Below, one piece after another: positions 8,976 to 17,361 of a DNA stretch of 50,780 nt (positions are counted from its first letter, which is position 1; every line of letters starts with the position of its first letter). Location: positions 73,037 to 123,816 of the forward strand of contig CAYRQF010000002.1 in assembly GCA_964426385.1 (NCBI GenBank), in the 5' to 3' direction. Under the pieces are notes generated by a model. The model was not told the origin of the DNA, searched no databases, and was given only the letters and a program-made list of their open reading frames with translations. A program made the translations under genes and the position numbers. Source of the DNA: an uncultured Candidatus Saccharibacteria bacterium. GTDB lineage: Bacteria > Patescibacteriota > Minisyncoccia > Phycocordibacterales > CSBR16-119.

Positions 8976-10238
8976 ATGCCCATATCTATAAGAAAATTTC
9001 CCCGCGCGATTGTCCATCTCGACGGGGATTCTTTCTTTGTGGCATGCGAGCTGACTCGGCGTCCTGACCTCGTAGGCAAGCCCGTCGTTACGGGGCACGA
9101 GCGAGGTATCGCGACCGCTATGAGTATGGAGGCGAAGAGTCTTGGCGTCACGCGTGGTATGCCAGTCGAGAGAATCAAGAGAGAATTCCCTGATGTCGTG
9201 ATACTTGCATCTGACTATGAGAATTATGCGTTGTATTCGAAGCGTATGTTAGATATCGTCAGGCGCTACACGCCTGACGTCGACGAGTATTCGATAGATG
9301 AATGCTTTGCAGACATCACAGGCTTGCGTCGACCGTTAGGAATGAACTATGAGGATATAGCCCGAGCGATCAAGCGTGATCTCCAGGCGGAGCTTGGTAT
9401 TACTTTTTCTGTCGGATTGTCAGTGAACAAAGTTTTGGCCAAGGTTGCTTCGAACAGAGAAAAGCCTGATGGGCTTACGTGTGTTCCAGGGTATCGGATC
9501 GAAGAATTCCTCCGAGATCTACCGGTTCATAGAGTTTGGGGTATCGGACCAAATACATCTCTTTACCTCGAGAAGCTCGGTATTCGCACAGCCCTAGACT
9601 TGGCTCATAAGAATCGTGAGTTCGTCGAGGCGTATCTGACCAAGCCAACCATCGAGATCTGGCGGGAACTTCGCGGTGAGTTTGTCTTGCCTCTCAATAC
9701 AGAGAAAAAAAGCGAATACAAGTCGATCATGAAGACTCATACATTCAGTCCGGCGTCGTCCAATAGGGAGACTGTGTTTGCTGAGCTCTCACAGAACATC
9801 GAGTCAGCGTGTGCACGTCTCCGCCATCATAACCTTTATACCAAGGAGATAGTGTTTTATCTGAAAGGTCAGGACTTTCGTCACTATGGCATAGAGCTCG
9901 CGATGTCTGTCCCAGTATGTGTGCCGGAAAAAGTTCTAGAGGTCGTGAGAGCCAATTTTGACCGAGTCTACCACCCAGGCAAGCTTTATCGTGCCACGGG
10001 GATCGTGATGAAGAAGATAACCCCGGCTTCATCAGTGACGCCAGATCTCTTCGGGAGCTTTGCCGATGCCGAGAAGGTCAGCCGGATATACCAGGAGATT
10101 GACGCTCTAGCTGAGAAGTTCGGTCGTCCAGTTGTAACACTCACTTCGAGCATGATAGGGAAGCCGGTTGAGCGGACTCATACTCGTCGATTTGATACTA
10201 GGATTCTACCTTTGCCACTTCTCGGACGTGTCGGCTAG
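8976..10238 (+). CDS. dinB: Y-family DNA polymerase (DinB/UmuC-like)
   Basis: IVHLDGDSFFVACE and YSIDECFADIT catalytic motifs, with a HhH-like region VWGIGPNT. Confidence 0.88.
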   Translation: MPISIRKFPRAIVHLDGDSFFVACELTRRPDLVGKPVVTGHERGIATAMSMEAKSLGVTRGMPVERIKREFPDVVILASDYENYALYSKRMLDIVRRYTPDVDEYSIDECFADITGLRRPLGMNYEDIARAIKRDLQAELGITFSVGLSVNKVLAKVASNREKPDGLTCVPGYRIEEFLRDLPVHRVWGIGPNTSLYLEKLGIRTALDLAHKNREFVEAYLTKPTIEIWRELRGEFVLPLNTEKKSEYKSIMKTHTFSPASSNRETVFAELSQNIESACARLRHHNLYTKEIVFYLKGQDFRHYGIELAMSVPVCVPEKVLEVVRANFDRVYHPGKLYRATGIVMKKITPASSVTPDLFGSFADAEKVSRIYQEIDALAEKFGRPVVTLTSSMIGKPVERTHTRRFDTRILPLPLLGRVG

Positions 10239-10269
10239 AGTTATATTGGCTGGCAGGTATAATAGGTCT

Positions 10270-10722
10270 ATGAACATAAAGAAGTTGTTTGGCTGGCTCA
10301 CCCTCGACATAGTCATATTTATCGGCATAAACATCTTTCTGGTTTCTCGCTATATAGACGAGCTGGGTGCTCTCGCAGGTTTAAATATTTTTCAGTTTAT
10401 CATCCTCGCACTCGCAACGTACCGCATGGCCAATATCATCTCGAACGAAGTTGTTATGAAGCCCCTACGAGCGCCATTCGTCGACGAGAAGATGGAAGAC
10501 GGTAAACTAGTCGAGAAGCCGAAGAAAACTGGTTTCCTCGGAGCGATAGGGCTACTTATCTACTGTCCGTCCTGTACTGGTGTGTGGGTGGCAGCGATTC
10601 TCGTTTACTTATGGGTATTTTGGCCCACATCGACATCTGTAGTTGCAACGATCTTCGCACTGAGTGCTATCGAAAGAATAGTCGCGAGTATTGTCGGTCG
10701 ACTCAAGACTGATTCTGAATAG
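10270..10722 (+). CDS. DUF1360-like membrane protein
   Basis: ATG 10270 inside track ORF 10168..10722. LATYRMANIISNEVVMKPLRAPF resembles the DUF1360 signature. About 4 TM segments. Confidence 0.6.
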   Translation: MNIKKLFGWLTLDIVIFIGINIFLVSRYIDELGALAGLNIFQFIILALATYRMANIISNEVVMKPLRAPFVDEKMEDGKLVEKPKKTGFLGAIGLLIYCPSCTGVWVAAILVYLWVFWPTSTSVVATIFALSAIERIVASIVGRLKTDSE

Positions 10723-10774
10723 CTCAAACGAAAAAGCCCACCTGGTAAGAGGGGGTTTCCTCGTACGTAGTGGG

Positions 10775-11032
10775 CTATTGGCGAATGACAGGTAAACGGG
10801 GTCGCTCACCGTGACCATTTGAGCAGAGTGTGGATGCGACAACGAAATCCTTGGCTCGTTCTTGGCAGTCTGGGTTATCGCAGCAGCGAGCTACACAGCT
10901 TGTCACCTTGCCAAGACTGGCAAAAGCTTCAAGTGTAACTCCTGTTGAGTTACAGAACAGACAGTTGTCGAAAACCCAGTTAGTTCTTCTTTGGATTATT
11001 GCAGTGACGGTGGGGGCGGTGTCGGGTGGCAT
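10775..11032 (-). CDS. small Cys-rich protein, unknown function
   Basis: 85 aa with 8 Cys. It has its own TTGACG-16-TAAATT promoter (11062-11089) and a hairpin plus T-run downstream. It competes with + strand ORF 10830..11048, which lacks such signals. Confidence 0.35.
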   Translation of the reverse strand: MPPDTAPTVTAIIQRRTNWVFDNCLFCNSTGVTLEAFASLGKVTSCVARCCDNPDCQERAKDFVVASTLCSNGHGERPRLPVIRQ

Positions 11033-11125
11033 TTACATGTCGTTGTGATCGGTTCTGCTCTAATTTACTTAAAAACCGAAATACGTCAAGAGCAAAGCTG
11101 TTGGTAACTGTACTAAAATATAGAA

Positions 11126-11761
11126 ATGAAAATCATCGCCTTATCTTGTTCGCCGTCACGTGGCCGTAACTCAGACACGATGCTCGATAACTTTATCGAA
11201 GGAGTCCGAACAGTCAATGGAATAGAGGTTGAAAAAGTATACCTTTCAGATATTCCGATGGATTATTATTCTTTTGAAAACAGTAAAGGTATTGAGGAAG
11301 AAGAGACCGAATTCGCCAGACTAGTCTGCAAGATGAAATCTGTGCAGGGTTTGGTCATTGCCACACCTACGTACAACTTCTCGGTACCAGCACACCTGAA
11401 GAATTTCGTCGATAGACTACGTTTCATCGCACTCGACTTTAGCCAGAAGAACTCTCTGGGTCAGCCGGTGGGTAGACTACATCATCTCAGCACATACTTT
11501 CTCGTTTCTGGTGGAACACCCGTCTGGGCACAGAAAATCCTTTTCTTCGCGTTCCCGCCATTTTGGCTTCGTGGAGTGTTTCTATACTTCGGAGCGAATG
11601 TCATGGGTGCGACCTATACTGGCGACATAAAGTCTTTCGAAACGGGTAGTATAAAGAATAGATGCATCAAAGCTGGACGAAAATACGCGAAGGGACTCCT
11701 CGCTGGTAAGAGAAACAGACTACTCGAGCGTATCTTCTGGAGACCCCCTCAGGTTAAATAG
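11126..11761 (+). CDS. NAD(P)H-dependent FMN reductase / flavodoxin-like fold oxidoreductase
   Basis: MKIIALSCSPSRGRNSDT...LVIATPTYNFSVPAHLKNFVDR is typical of the FMN_red family. Confidence 0.8.
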   Translation: MKIIALSCSPSRGRNSDTMLDNFIEGVRTVNGIEVEKVYLSDIPMDYYSFENSKGIEEEETEFARLVCKMKSVQGLVIATPTYNFSVPAHLKNFVDRLRFIALDFSQKNSLGQPVGRLHHLSTYFLVSGGTPVWAQKILFFAFPPFWLRGVFLYFGANVMGATYTGDIKSFETGSIKNRCIKAGRKYAKGLLAGKRNRLLERIFWRPPQVK

Positions 11762-11813
11762 CCTTTGTTGACTAGCCGCACAAAAGGGTCTAATCTTAGC
11801 CAAAACCCCCACC

Positions 11814-12227
11814 GTGATGTTCAAAATCATACTCTTCCTTGCGCTAGGCGCTGTTTGGTTTTTTTACTGGAGAGCCGTAAAGTCTGGACGAATAACGGCT
11901 CGTGAGACTAAGGGTCGCCTGTTGCGCCGCCATTTACTGGTCCCGCGACATCGCAAGAAAGGCCGAGCGCTCCTCTTCGTCGTTACGGGCTTGGTGCTCA
12001 CGATAGAGCTGATGGTAAGATGGCGCGGTGGAGTAAGTCTTCATGATGCGCTGTTTTGGATCCATATAAGCTTCAGCGTTCTGTTCTTCGCATGTCTCAT
12101 CCTCCTGAACTCCCGACTCAACGGCCTGCGGTCATCGAGTCACCGATTGCTTGCCTATAGTTCACTCGTCCTATTGGTCGGTGTCACTCTCACTGCCATC
12201 CCGATCATTTTACGCCTGCCGGTGTAA
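11814..12227 (+). CDS. membrane protein, unknown function
   Basis: 137 aa with 4 hydrophobic segments. GTG 11814 or ATG 11817 could be the start. A terminator follows. Confidence 0.5.
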   Translation: MMFKIILFLALGAVWFFYWRAVKSGRITARETKGRLLRRHLLVPRHRKKGRALLFVVTGLVLTIELMVRWRGGVSLHDALFWIHISFSVLFFACLILLNSRLNGLRSSSHRLLAYSSLVLLVGVTLTAIPIILRLPV

Positions 12228-12244
12228 TTATCTCCGGCGTGAAT

Positions 12245-12278
12245 GAAGCCCCCAGAAATGTGGGGCTTCGTCGTTTTT
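12245..12278 (+). terminator. intrinsic terminator
   Basis: gaagcccc-loop-ggggcttc followed by gtcgttttt. Confidence 0.65.
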
Positions 12279-12285
12279 AAAAAAG

Positions 12286-12328
12286 AAGAGCCCGCTCTGA
12301 ACGTTGTGCGTTCTGAGATCGGGCTCTT
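12286..12328 (-). terminator. intrinsic terminator for 12344..12619
   Basis: Long imperfect hairpin aagagcccgctctgaacg-ttgtg-cgttctgagatcgggctctt, with a T-run on the minus strand. Confidence 0.55.
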
Positions 12329-12343
12329 TGGGTGGTGAAGTTC

Positions 12344-12619
12344 CTATGCTGCAGCTTTCCAGGCCATCTCCTTGGGGAAGTAATGGAGGGTGAAGGGCTG
12401 ATGGGCATCGATCAGCACGCGCAGGATCTTGGCGGGGTGGTTCGGAAGATGTGCGACCTCTTTCGGCACTGGTACCAGTGTTGGTCTGATCAGCACCTTC
12501 CTTTTGGCGCCGAACAAGAGACTGATCATCTCTGGTGACTTGGCGAGATTCGCTGAGAGTTCCTTGCAGAGTTCTTCTTGTAGGGTGGTAGCAATGTGTT
12601 TGCTTCTTTCTGTGCGCAT
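12344..12619 (-). CDS. hypothetical protein (GC-rich single-gene cassette)
   Basis: 91-aa ORF bracketed by a TTGACA-16-TAGAAT promoter and a long hairpin terminator. I recognise no family. Confidence 0.45.
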   Translation of the reverse strand: MRTERSKHIATTLQEELCKELSANLAKSPEMISLLFGAKRKVLIRPTLVPVPKEVAHLPNHPAKILRVLIDAHQPFTLHYFPKEMAWKAAA

Positions 12620-12647
12620 TGTTCTGGGTTGTTATGGTTTCGGCTAT

Positions 12648-12675
12648 ATTCTACATATCAGAAAATATCTGTCAA
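12648..12675 (-). promoter_or_regulatory. sigma70-type promoter
   Basis: On the minus strand: TTGACA (12675-12670), 16-nt spacer, TAGAAT (12653-12648). It lies about 30 nt upstream of ATG 12619. Confidence 0.5.
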
Positions 12676-12678
12676 GAT

Positions 12679-12984
12679 TTATTTCCACTGGGAATAGATT
12701 TTCTTGTACTGTGACTTTCTGTAAAAAACATAATGCCAGTCGCGGTAAGTGAAGCCCTGAAGTACTGCGCCGATGAGGATGCCGTAAATCCAAGGATTAT
12801 AAAAGTCTACGAGAAAAAGTACGATTAAAATAATCGAGCAGTATATCCAGTGGTGGATATGAACGTACTCTTTGCCGATCAGGAATCGTAGAGATCTTTT
12901 TGGTTTGTCACCTTCGTGTCTACCGGCGACAAGAAATGTGATTATGAAGCCTAACAAGACACCGATAATAATTTGCAAAATCAT
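12679..12984 (-). CDS. membrane protein, unknown function
   Basis: 101 aa with three hydrophobic helices and AT-rich codon usage like the backbone. Confidence 0.55.
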   Translation of the reverse strand: MILQIIIGVLLGFIITFLVAGRHEGDKPKRSLRFLIGKEYVHIHHWIYCSIILIVLFLVDFYNPWIYGILIGAVLQGFTYRDWHYVFYRKSQYKKIYSQWK

Positions 12985-13050
12985 CCATTAATTGTATCAA
13001 AGAAAAAGTCCGCCACCGACGGACCTTTTCAGGTCGAGGTGACGGACTTG

Positions 13051-13545
13051 TTACGCCGTTTTCACTAAGCCACGCTTCTCAATAATGTCTGTGCTGTGCA
13101 CTTTTGCTTGTGCTTCCAGTACGACTACTTCCATGAGGTCAGAGAAAAGTACAGACATCGTATCAGGAGAGTTCTCGACATCTTCTGTCGTCTTGGAGGT
13201 TACGAGCGTGCGCGGCTTCAGGGTGCTAATGGCCTCATACACATCGGCCTGTGTTCTGGCTACGTAGATGTAGTCGACGCAGTCGTAGACTTTTCCATAT
13301 GACATCCTTTTGACTCGGATGGATTCTGCACGGATTGGTCGACCCGGGCCTTTGCGTGAACTGATGAGTTCATCTGAGTGCAGGATGAGCACCAGAGTAT
13401 CGCCGTAGCTCCTGGCTTTGCGTAGATAGCGTATGTGTCCGATATGTGGGACATCGAACGCACCTGTAGTGACAACGAGGTTCTGACATCCGGATAAGAA
13501 GCTGGTTAGCTCATCCAGACTCCTAAGTTTCTTCAGCTTGTTCAT
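13051..13545 (-). CDS. cytidylyl/adenylyltransferase family protein (RfaE domain II / TagD-like)
   Basis: TGAFDVPHIGHIRYL (HxGH nucleotidyltransferase motif). I prefer ATG 13545 over the TTG 13581 start in the track. Confidence 0.8.
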   Translation of the reverse strand: MNKLKKLRSLDELTSFLSGCQNLVVTTGAFDVPHIGHIRYLRKARSYGDTLVLILHSDELISSRKGPGRPIRAESIRVKRMSYGKVYDCVDYIYVARTQADVYEAISTLKPRTLVTSKTTEDVENSPDTMSVLFSDLMEVVVLEAQAKVHSTDIIEKRGLVKTA

Positions 13546-13660
13546 CTGGGGTGGTTGAGGTTTCGTATAGATATTACACAAATCTTGTAAAATGGGAAGT
13601 CCCTAGTCGCCAGGAAAGAGTTTGCTTTTTAGGCCATTTTTGGCTAATATTTCCAAGTAT

Positions 13661-13732
13661 TCCCTGGTGGCGCAGCGGTAGCGCAGTCGCCTGTTAAGCG
13701 ATTGGTCGTTGGTTCGAATCCAACCCAGGGAG
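13661..13732 (+). tRNA. tRNA-Asn (GTT)
   Basis: Hand-folded cloverleaf: acceptor TCCCTGG/CCAGGGA, D arm GCGC/GCGC, anticodon stem GTCGC/GCGAT with loop CTGTTAA, T arm GTTGG-TTCGAAT-CCAAC. No CCA is encoded. Confidence 0.9.
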
Positions 13733-13876
13733 CAAAATGAAAAAATCTCAGATAATATTCTGGGATTTTTTCATTTCTGACTCTTCTTGGATTCGAACAG
13801 GAAAGGGGTCGGGAAAACACTTGTTCTCCCGTAGAGGAAGGATTGGGAAAACCGTGGGTTTCCCAGGAGTGAGATT

Positions 13877-13931
13877 CCAACCCAGGGAGCAGCATGAAAA
13901 AATCCTAGTTTCGGTTAGGATTTTTTCATTT
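13877..13931 (+). repeat. second copy of the tRNA-Asn 3' end plus its terminator hairpin
   Basis: CCAACCCAGGGAGCA (13877-13891) is identical to 13720-13734. It is followed by atgaaaaaatcctag...ttaggattttttcat, which mirrors the hairpin at 13736-13776. Confidence 0.6.
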
Positions 13932-13955
13932 ATGTTCATGTGCCATAATAGACCT

Positions 13956-14774
13956 ATGGCAATGTGGGATAAAATCACGAGTAGGGGCAGGGTAGATGAC
14001 CGGCGTGGGAGCCCCCGTATGATCGGTGGCGGACTTGGTGTTGCCGGTATCGCCATCATTATCATACTGAATCTCCTAGGTGGCGGGGATATCACCGATG
14101 TCTTAACCCAGCTCCAAGATGTACCCATATCTACTACCACGACAGAGAACTCTGTCGAATTCGAAGGCGAGGATAGCTACGAAGTTTTCGCGGGGGCAGT
14201 TCTCGGGTCTGCGAACGACATGTGGTCCAAAGTTTTCACTGCGAATGGTCTCACATATAACGAACCGACCCTCGTACTTTTTCGCGGTGGCACTCAGTCC
14301 GGATGTGGAGGCGCCAATAGTTACGTCGGTCCGCACTATTGTCCGGCAGACGGGCAGATATATCTCGATGAGACATTTTTCGAGGAGCTCACGACACGGT
14401 TCGGCGCCGAGGGTGGTGATGTCGCCGAGGCATATGTCATCGCCCATGAGGTGGGTCATCATGTTCAGACCGAACTCAACATCCTCGACGGGGGACGCCC
14501 CTCTAACGCCGAATCTGTCGCTCTAGAGCTCCAAGCGGACTGTTTCGCTGGACTATGGGCCTACTCTATCCGAGATATCGGAGTATTCGAACCGGGCGAG
14601 ATCCGTGAAGCTATGGACGCCGCTGCAGCTGTCGGCGACGATCGTATCCAGAAGAAAACGACAGGCAGGATCGACCAGGAGTCCTGGACGCATGGCTCGT
14701 CCGAGCAACGTATGGCGGCATTTAACCGCGGGTATGAGACGGGCTCGGTCAAAGAGTGCAATATAACCATATGA
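13956..14774 (+). CDS. YpfJ-family putative neutral zinc metallopeptidase
   Basis: N-terminal KITSRGRVDDRRG plus a TM segment, and HEVGHHV (HExxH). The start is uncertain (ATG 13932, 13956 or 13962). The track start 13737 runs through the tRNA terminator repeats. Confidence 0.8.
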   Translation: MAMWDKITSRGRVDDRRGSPRMIGGGLGVAGIAIIIILNLLGGGDITDVLTQLQDVPISTTTTENSVEFEGEDSYEVFAGAVLGSANDMWSKVFTANGLTYNEPTLVLFRGGTQSGCGGANSYVGPHYCPADGQIYLDETFFEELTTRFGAEGGDVAEAYVIAHEVGHHVQTELNILDGGRPSNAESVALELQADCFAGLWAYSIRDIGVFEPGEIREAMDAAAAVGDDRIQKKTTGRIDQESWTHGSSEQRMAAFNRGYETGSVKECNITI

Positions 14775-15208
14775 TATACAAAGACTTTTTAATGACAGTT
14801 ACAAAGTGTCCATTCTGCGACGTGTCGCAAGATCGAATTATTGAAAATAACGATCTAGGGATCCTTACTTATTCGATCGCTCCTTATCACAAGCATCACA
14901 TGATGGTAGTTCCCCTGAGGCATATCGAAGATCTAAAAGATGTCACTGAAGCAGAGACCTCTGCCATAGACAAGCTTTTACGCCGGGGAGTACTCATGCT
15001 TGAATCATTGGGCTACCAGGATTACACTATTATCGTTAGGAATGGCGATCATGTAGGTAAAAGTATTAAGCACCTGCACTACCATGTCGTTCCGTCTGTT
15101 GTGATCGGTGACGTTGATCATAACGGTGATGAGAGGGTTGTGCTGACGGGGGAAGAGGCAGATGAAGTTGTCGGAGAGCTAAAGAAGGTAAGTGAGTCAT
15201 TAAAATAA
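14771..15208 (+). CDS. HIT-family (histidine triad) protein
   Basis: HLHYHVVP histidine triad. ATG 14771 overlaps the upstream TGA (ATGA). Confidence 0.85.
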   Translation: MIYKDFLMTVTKCPFCDVSQDRIIENNDLGILTYSIAPYHKHHMMVVPLRHIEDLKDVTEAETSAIDKLLRRGVLMLESLGYQDYTIIVRNGDHVGKSIKHLHYHVVPSVVIGDVDHNGDERVVLTGEEADEVVGELKKVSESLK

Positions 15209-15228
15209 TTATATTTAATAAATAATAT

Positions 15229-15729
15229 ATGCAAAAAATTACACCATTTTTGTGGTTCGATAAGGATTGTAAAGAAGCGATGAATTTTTATGTAGACCTT
15301 TTTAATAGTAATCCAGCAAAAAAATCTGAGTCAAAGATAAAAACTATCAAACTTTATCCAGAAGGTATGGAGGATGAGCATATGAAAAACATGGAAGGTA
15401 AAGTCCTGACCGGAGTCTTCGAGCTCGAAGGACAGACTTTTATGGGACTCGATGGCGGACCACTTTTCAAGCCGAACGAGTCGGTGTCTTTCCTCGTTGA
15501 CTGTGCCACCCAGGAAGAAATAGATCATTTCTGGAATGCTGTCACGGCAGAAGGTATGGAGAGCCAGTGTGGATGGTGCAAGGATAAATGGGGATTCAGT
15601 TGGCAGATCGCGCCAGATATGGGCAAGTGGCTGAGTGATAACTCTGACGCTGGAAAACGTGCGACAATGGCGATGCTCGGCATGAAAAAGATAATCATTG
15701 CAGATTTAGAGAAAGCATATAACGGTTAG
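15229..15729 (+). CDS. VOC-superfamily protein (PhnB / 3-demethylubiquinone-9 3-methyltransferase-like domain)
   Basis: The MQKITPFLWFD... N-terminus and ~165-aa length are typical of this family. Confidence 0.75.
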   Translation: MQKITPFLWFDKDCKEAMNFYVDLFNSNPAKKSESKIKTIKLYPEGMEDEHMKNMEGKVLTGVFELEGQTFMGLDGGPLFKPNESVSFLVDCATQEEIDHFWNAVTAEGMESQCGWCKDKWGFSWQIAPDMGKWLSDNSDAGKRATMAMLGMKKIIIADLEKAYNG

Positions 15730-15741
15730 TTGTAAAATAAA

Positions 15742-16299
15742 TTGAGAGAAATAGAAATAAAACTAGAGGCACCTGACTTATCAGCTATAGAAAAGAAACT
15801 AGTAGAACTCGGGTGTATATTGTCAGAACCCGTCACTCAGGAGGATGTAAATTTCATTCATCGCGAGGATACTAATTGGTTCGAAGAATCACACGGCAAT
15901 TATCTGTATCCGCGTTTGCGCAAGCAGTTGGGTAAGCCGCTGCGACTGACAGTCAAGAAACCCCTGTCGAATGAGATGGATTGTATCGAGCACGAGGTGG
16001 AGGTAAATGATGCGGAAGAAGTACGAGGCATCATGAAGATGTTCGATTACGTCGAGGGTGTAACGGTCAAAAAAACTCGTAGAACTTGTGAGTATCAGGA
16101 TTACACTATAACGCTAGACGAAGTTGAGGGACTAGGCTCGTTTGTAGAAATAGAAAGAGTTCTTGTAGACGGAGATCCAGTAAAGATTCAGCAAGAAATG
16201 TTTGATTTTGCGAAAGAAGCTTTTGGATTGGAGAAAGATGACAAAGTGATGAAAGGTTATGATATTTTAACCTACTATAAGAAAAAAGGAGACCAATGA
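15742..16299 (+). CDS. CYTH-domain protein (class IV adenylate cyclase / triphosphatase family)
   Basis: TTG start, REIEIKL opening strand, LRLTVKK and GSFVEIE strands. Confidence 0.8.
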   Translation: MREIEIKLEAPDLSAIEKKLVELGCILSEPVTQEDVNFIHREDTNWFEESHGNYLYPRLRKQLGKPLRLTVKKPLSNEMDCIEHEVEVNDAEEVRGIMKMFDYVEGVTVKKTRRTCEYQDYTITLDEVEGLGSFVEIERVLVDGDPVKIQQEMFDFAKEAFGLEKDDKVMKGYDILTYYKKKGDQ

Positions 16300-17153
16300 A
16301 CATCGCTATCATAACTGGTGGGGAATCAGGCGAACGGGATATTTCTATTAGGTCTGCCGAGAATGTAAAATTAGTAATAGGTTTTGCGGAGACTGAAACA
16401 TTTATTTTTCCAGAAGATCGGGATAAATTCTTGGCTGTACATAATGGCTTTGATATAGCCATACCAATCATTCATGGAGCGGGTGGTGAGGACGGAACAC
16501 TTCAGAAATTCTTGGGCGATCTCGGTTTGCCGTATATTTTCTCAGGTCCGGAAGCTCACGCCATAGGAATAGACAAGAAGAAGACTAAAGAGCTGGCCGA
16601 ATCCATCGGTATAAAAACAGCGAAAGAAATAAAGACACTTCCACTATTTGCCAAGCCTAGATTTGGCGGATCGTCGGTTGCCTCGGGGCTTTGTAGTAGA
16701 GAGCAAGACGTGGACGAATTAGTCTCGAATAATCCAAACACAGAATTTCTCACCGAAGAATTGATCAAGGGCAGGGAATTTACTGTCGGGGTTATCGAGT
16801 CTAATGGAAAAACTATCGCCTTGCCCGTGATAGAAATAATCCCGAAAGGAGAGTTTTTTGATTTTGAGAACAAGTACGATCCAGCGAAATTAGCCTCGGA
16901 GGTATGCCCGGCAGATATTGGCGAAGATTTAGCTAGAGAGCTCAAAAGGCAGGCTCTCGAAGTTCATAATAAAATTGGCGCCAAACATATTTCACGATCA
17001 GACTTTATGATGACCCACGATGGCGAGATATATTTTTTAGAGATCAATACTATCCCAGGCATGACAAAGACATCGCTCATCCCGAAGATGCTCCAAACAG
17101 CTGGAATGAATCTACGAGAATGGTTGAAAGAGCTAATATCTACCGTGATATAA
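16296..17153 (+). CDS. ddl: D-alanine--D-alanine ligase
   Basis: IAIITGGESGERDISIRSA, HGAGGEDGTLQ and LEINTIPGMT motifs. ATGA overlap with the upstream gene. Confidence 0.9.
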   Translation: MNIAIITGGESGERDISIRSAENVKLVIGFAETETFIFPEDRDKFLAVHNGFDIAIPIIHGAGGEDGTLQKFLGDLGLPYIFSGPEAHAIGIDKKKTKELAESIGIKTAKEIKTLPLFAKPRFGGSSVASGLCSREQDVDELVSNNPNTEFLTEELIKGREFTVGVIESNGKTIALPVIEIIPKGEFFDFENKYDPAKLASEVCPADIGEDLARELKRQALEVHNKIGAKHISRSDFMMTHDGEIYFLEINTIPGMTKTSLIPKMLQTAGMNLREWLKELISTVI

Positions 17154-17191
17154 TAAAACAAATAGGATTTATTAATTTAATTTGAATTCAT

Positions 17192-17329
17192 ATGTCTATA
17201 GTAACTATCGCAACTATCGTATTTTTTCTCGTCTACGGTGTTAGTCACTTCTATCCATTCAAGTATTCTGACAGGATCAGCGCCATCGCAGCTATAATCG
17301 TCGGAGTCTTGATGCTCGTCCGATACTAA
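17192..17329 (+). CDS. possible 45-aa two-helix membrane peptide
   Basis: Hand-found ORF below the track cutoff: MSIVTIATIVFFLVYGVSHFYPFKYSDRISAIAAIIVGVLMLVRY. I see no recognisable RBS. Confidence 0.3.
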   Translation: MSIVTIATIVFFLVYGVSHFYPFKYSDRISAIAAIIVGVLMLVRY

Positions 17330-17361
17330 AATTATAAAATCTATTTTATCTATAAAAGTCT

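Noticed and set aside
10830-11048. + strand 72-aa ORF competing with the Cys-rich minus-strand ORF
   Set aside because: It has no promoter, RBS or terminator in the right orientation, whereas the minus-strand ORF has both a promoter and a terminator. The locus as a whole remains low confidence.
13737-13955. Long N-terminal extension of the YpfJ-like ORF, and the antisense ORFs 13644..13895 and 13748..14140
   Set aside because: These ORFs run through the tRNA-Asn gene or its terminator, the duplicated tRNA 3' end and two hairpins. The conserved YpfJ N-terminus (KITSRGRVDDRRG) begins right after ATG 13956.
14772-14774. Possibility of an alternative genetic code (UGA recoding, as in some CPR lineages)
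   Set aside because: TGA closes well-defined genes, for example the YpfJ-like gene here and the SBP-like gene at 43748-43750. All long conserved genes are intact under the standard bacterial code.
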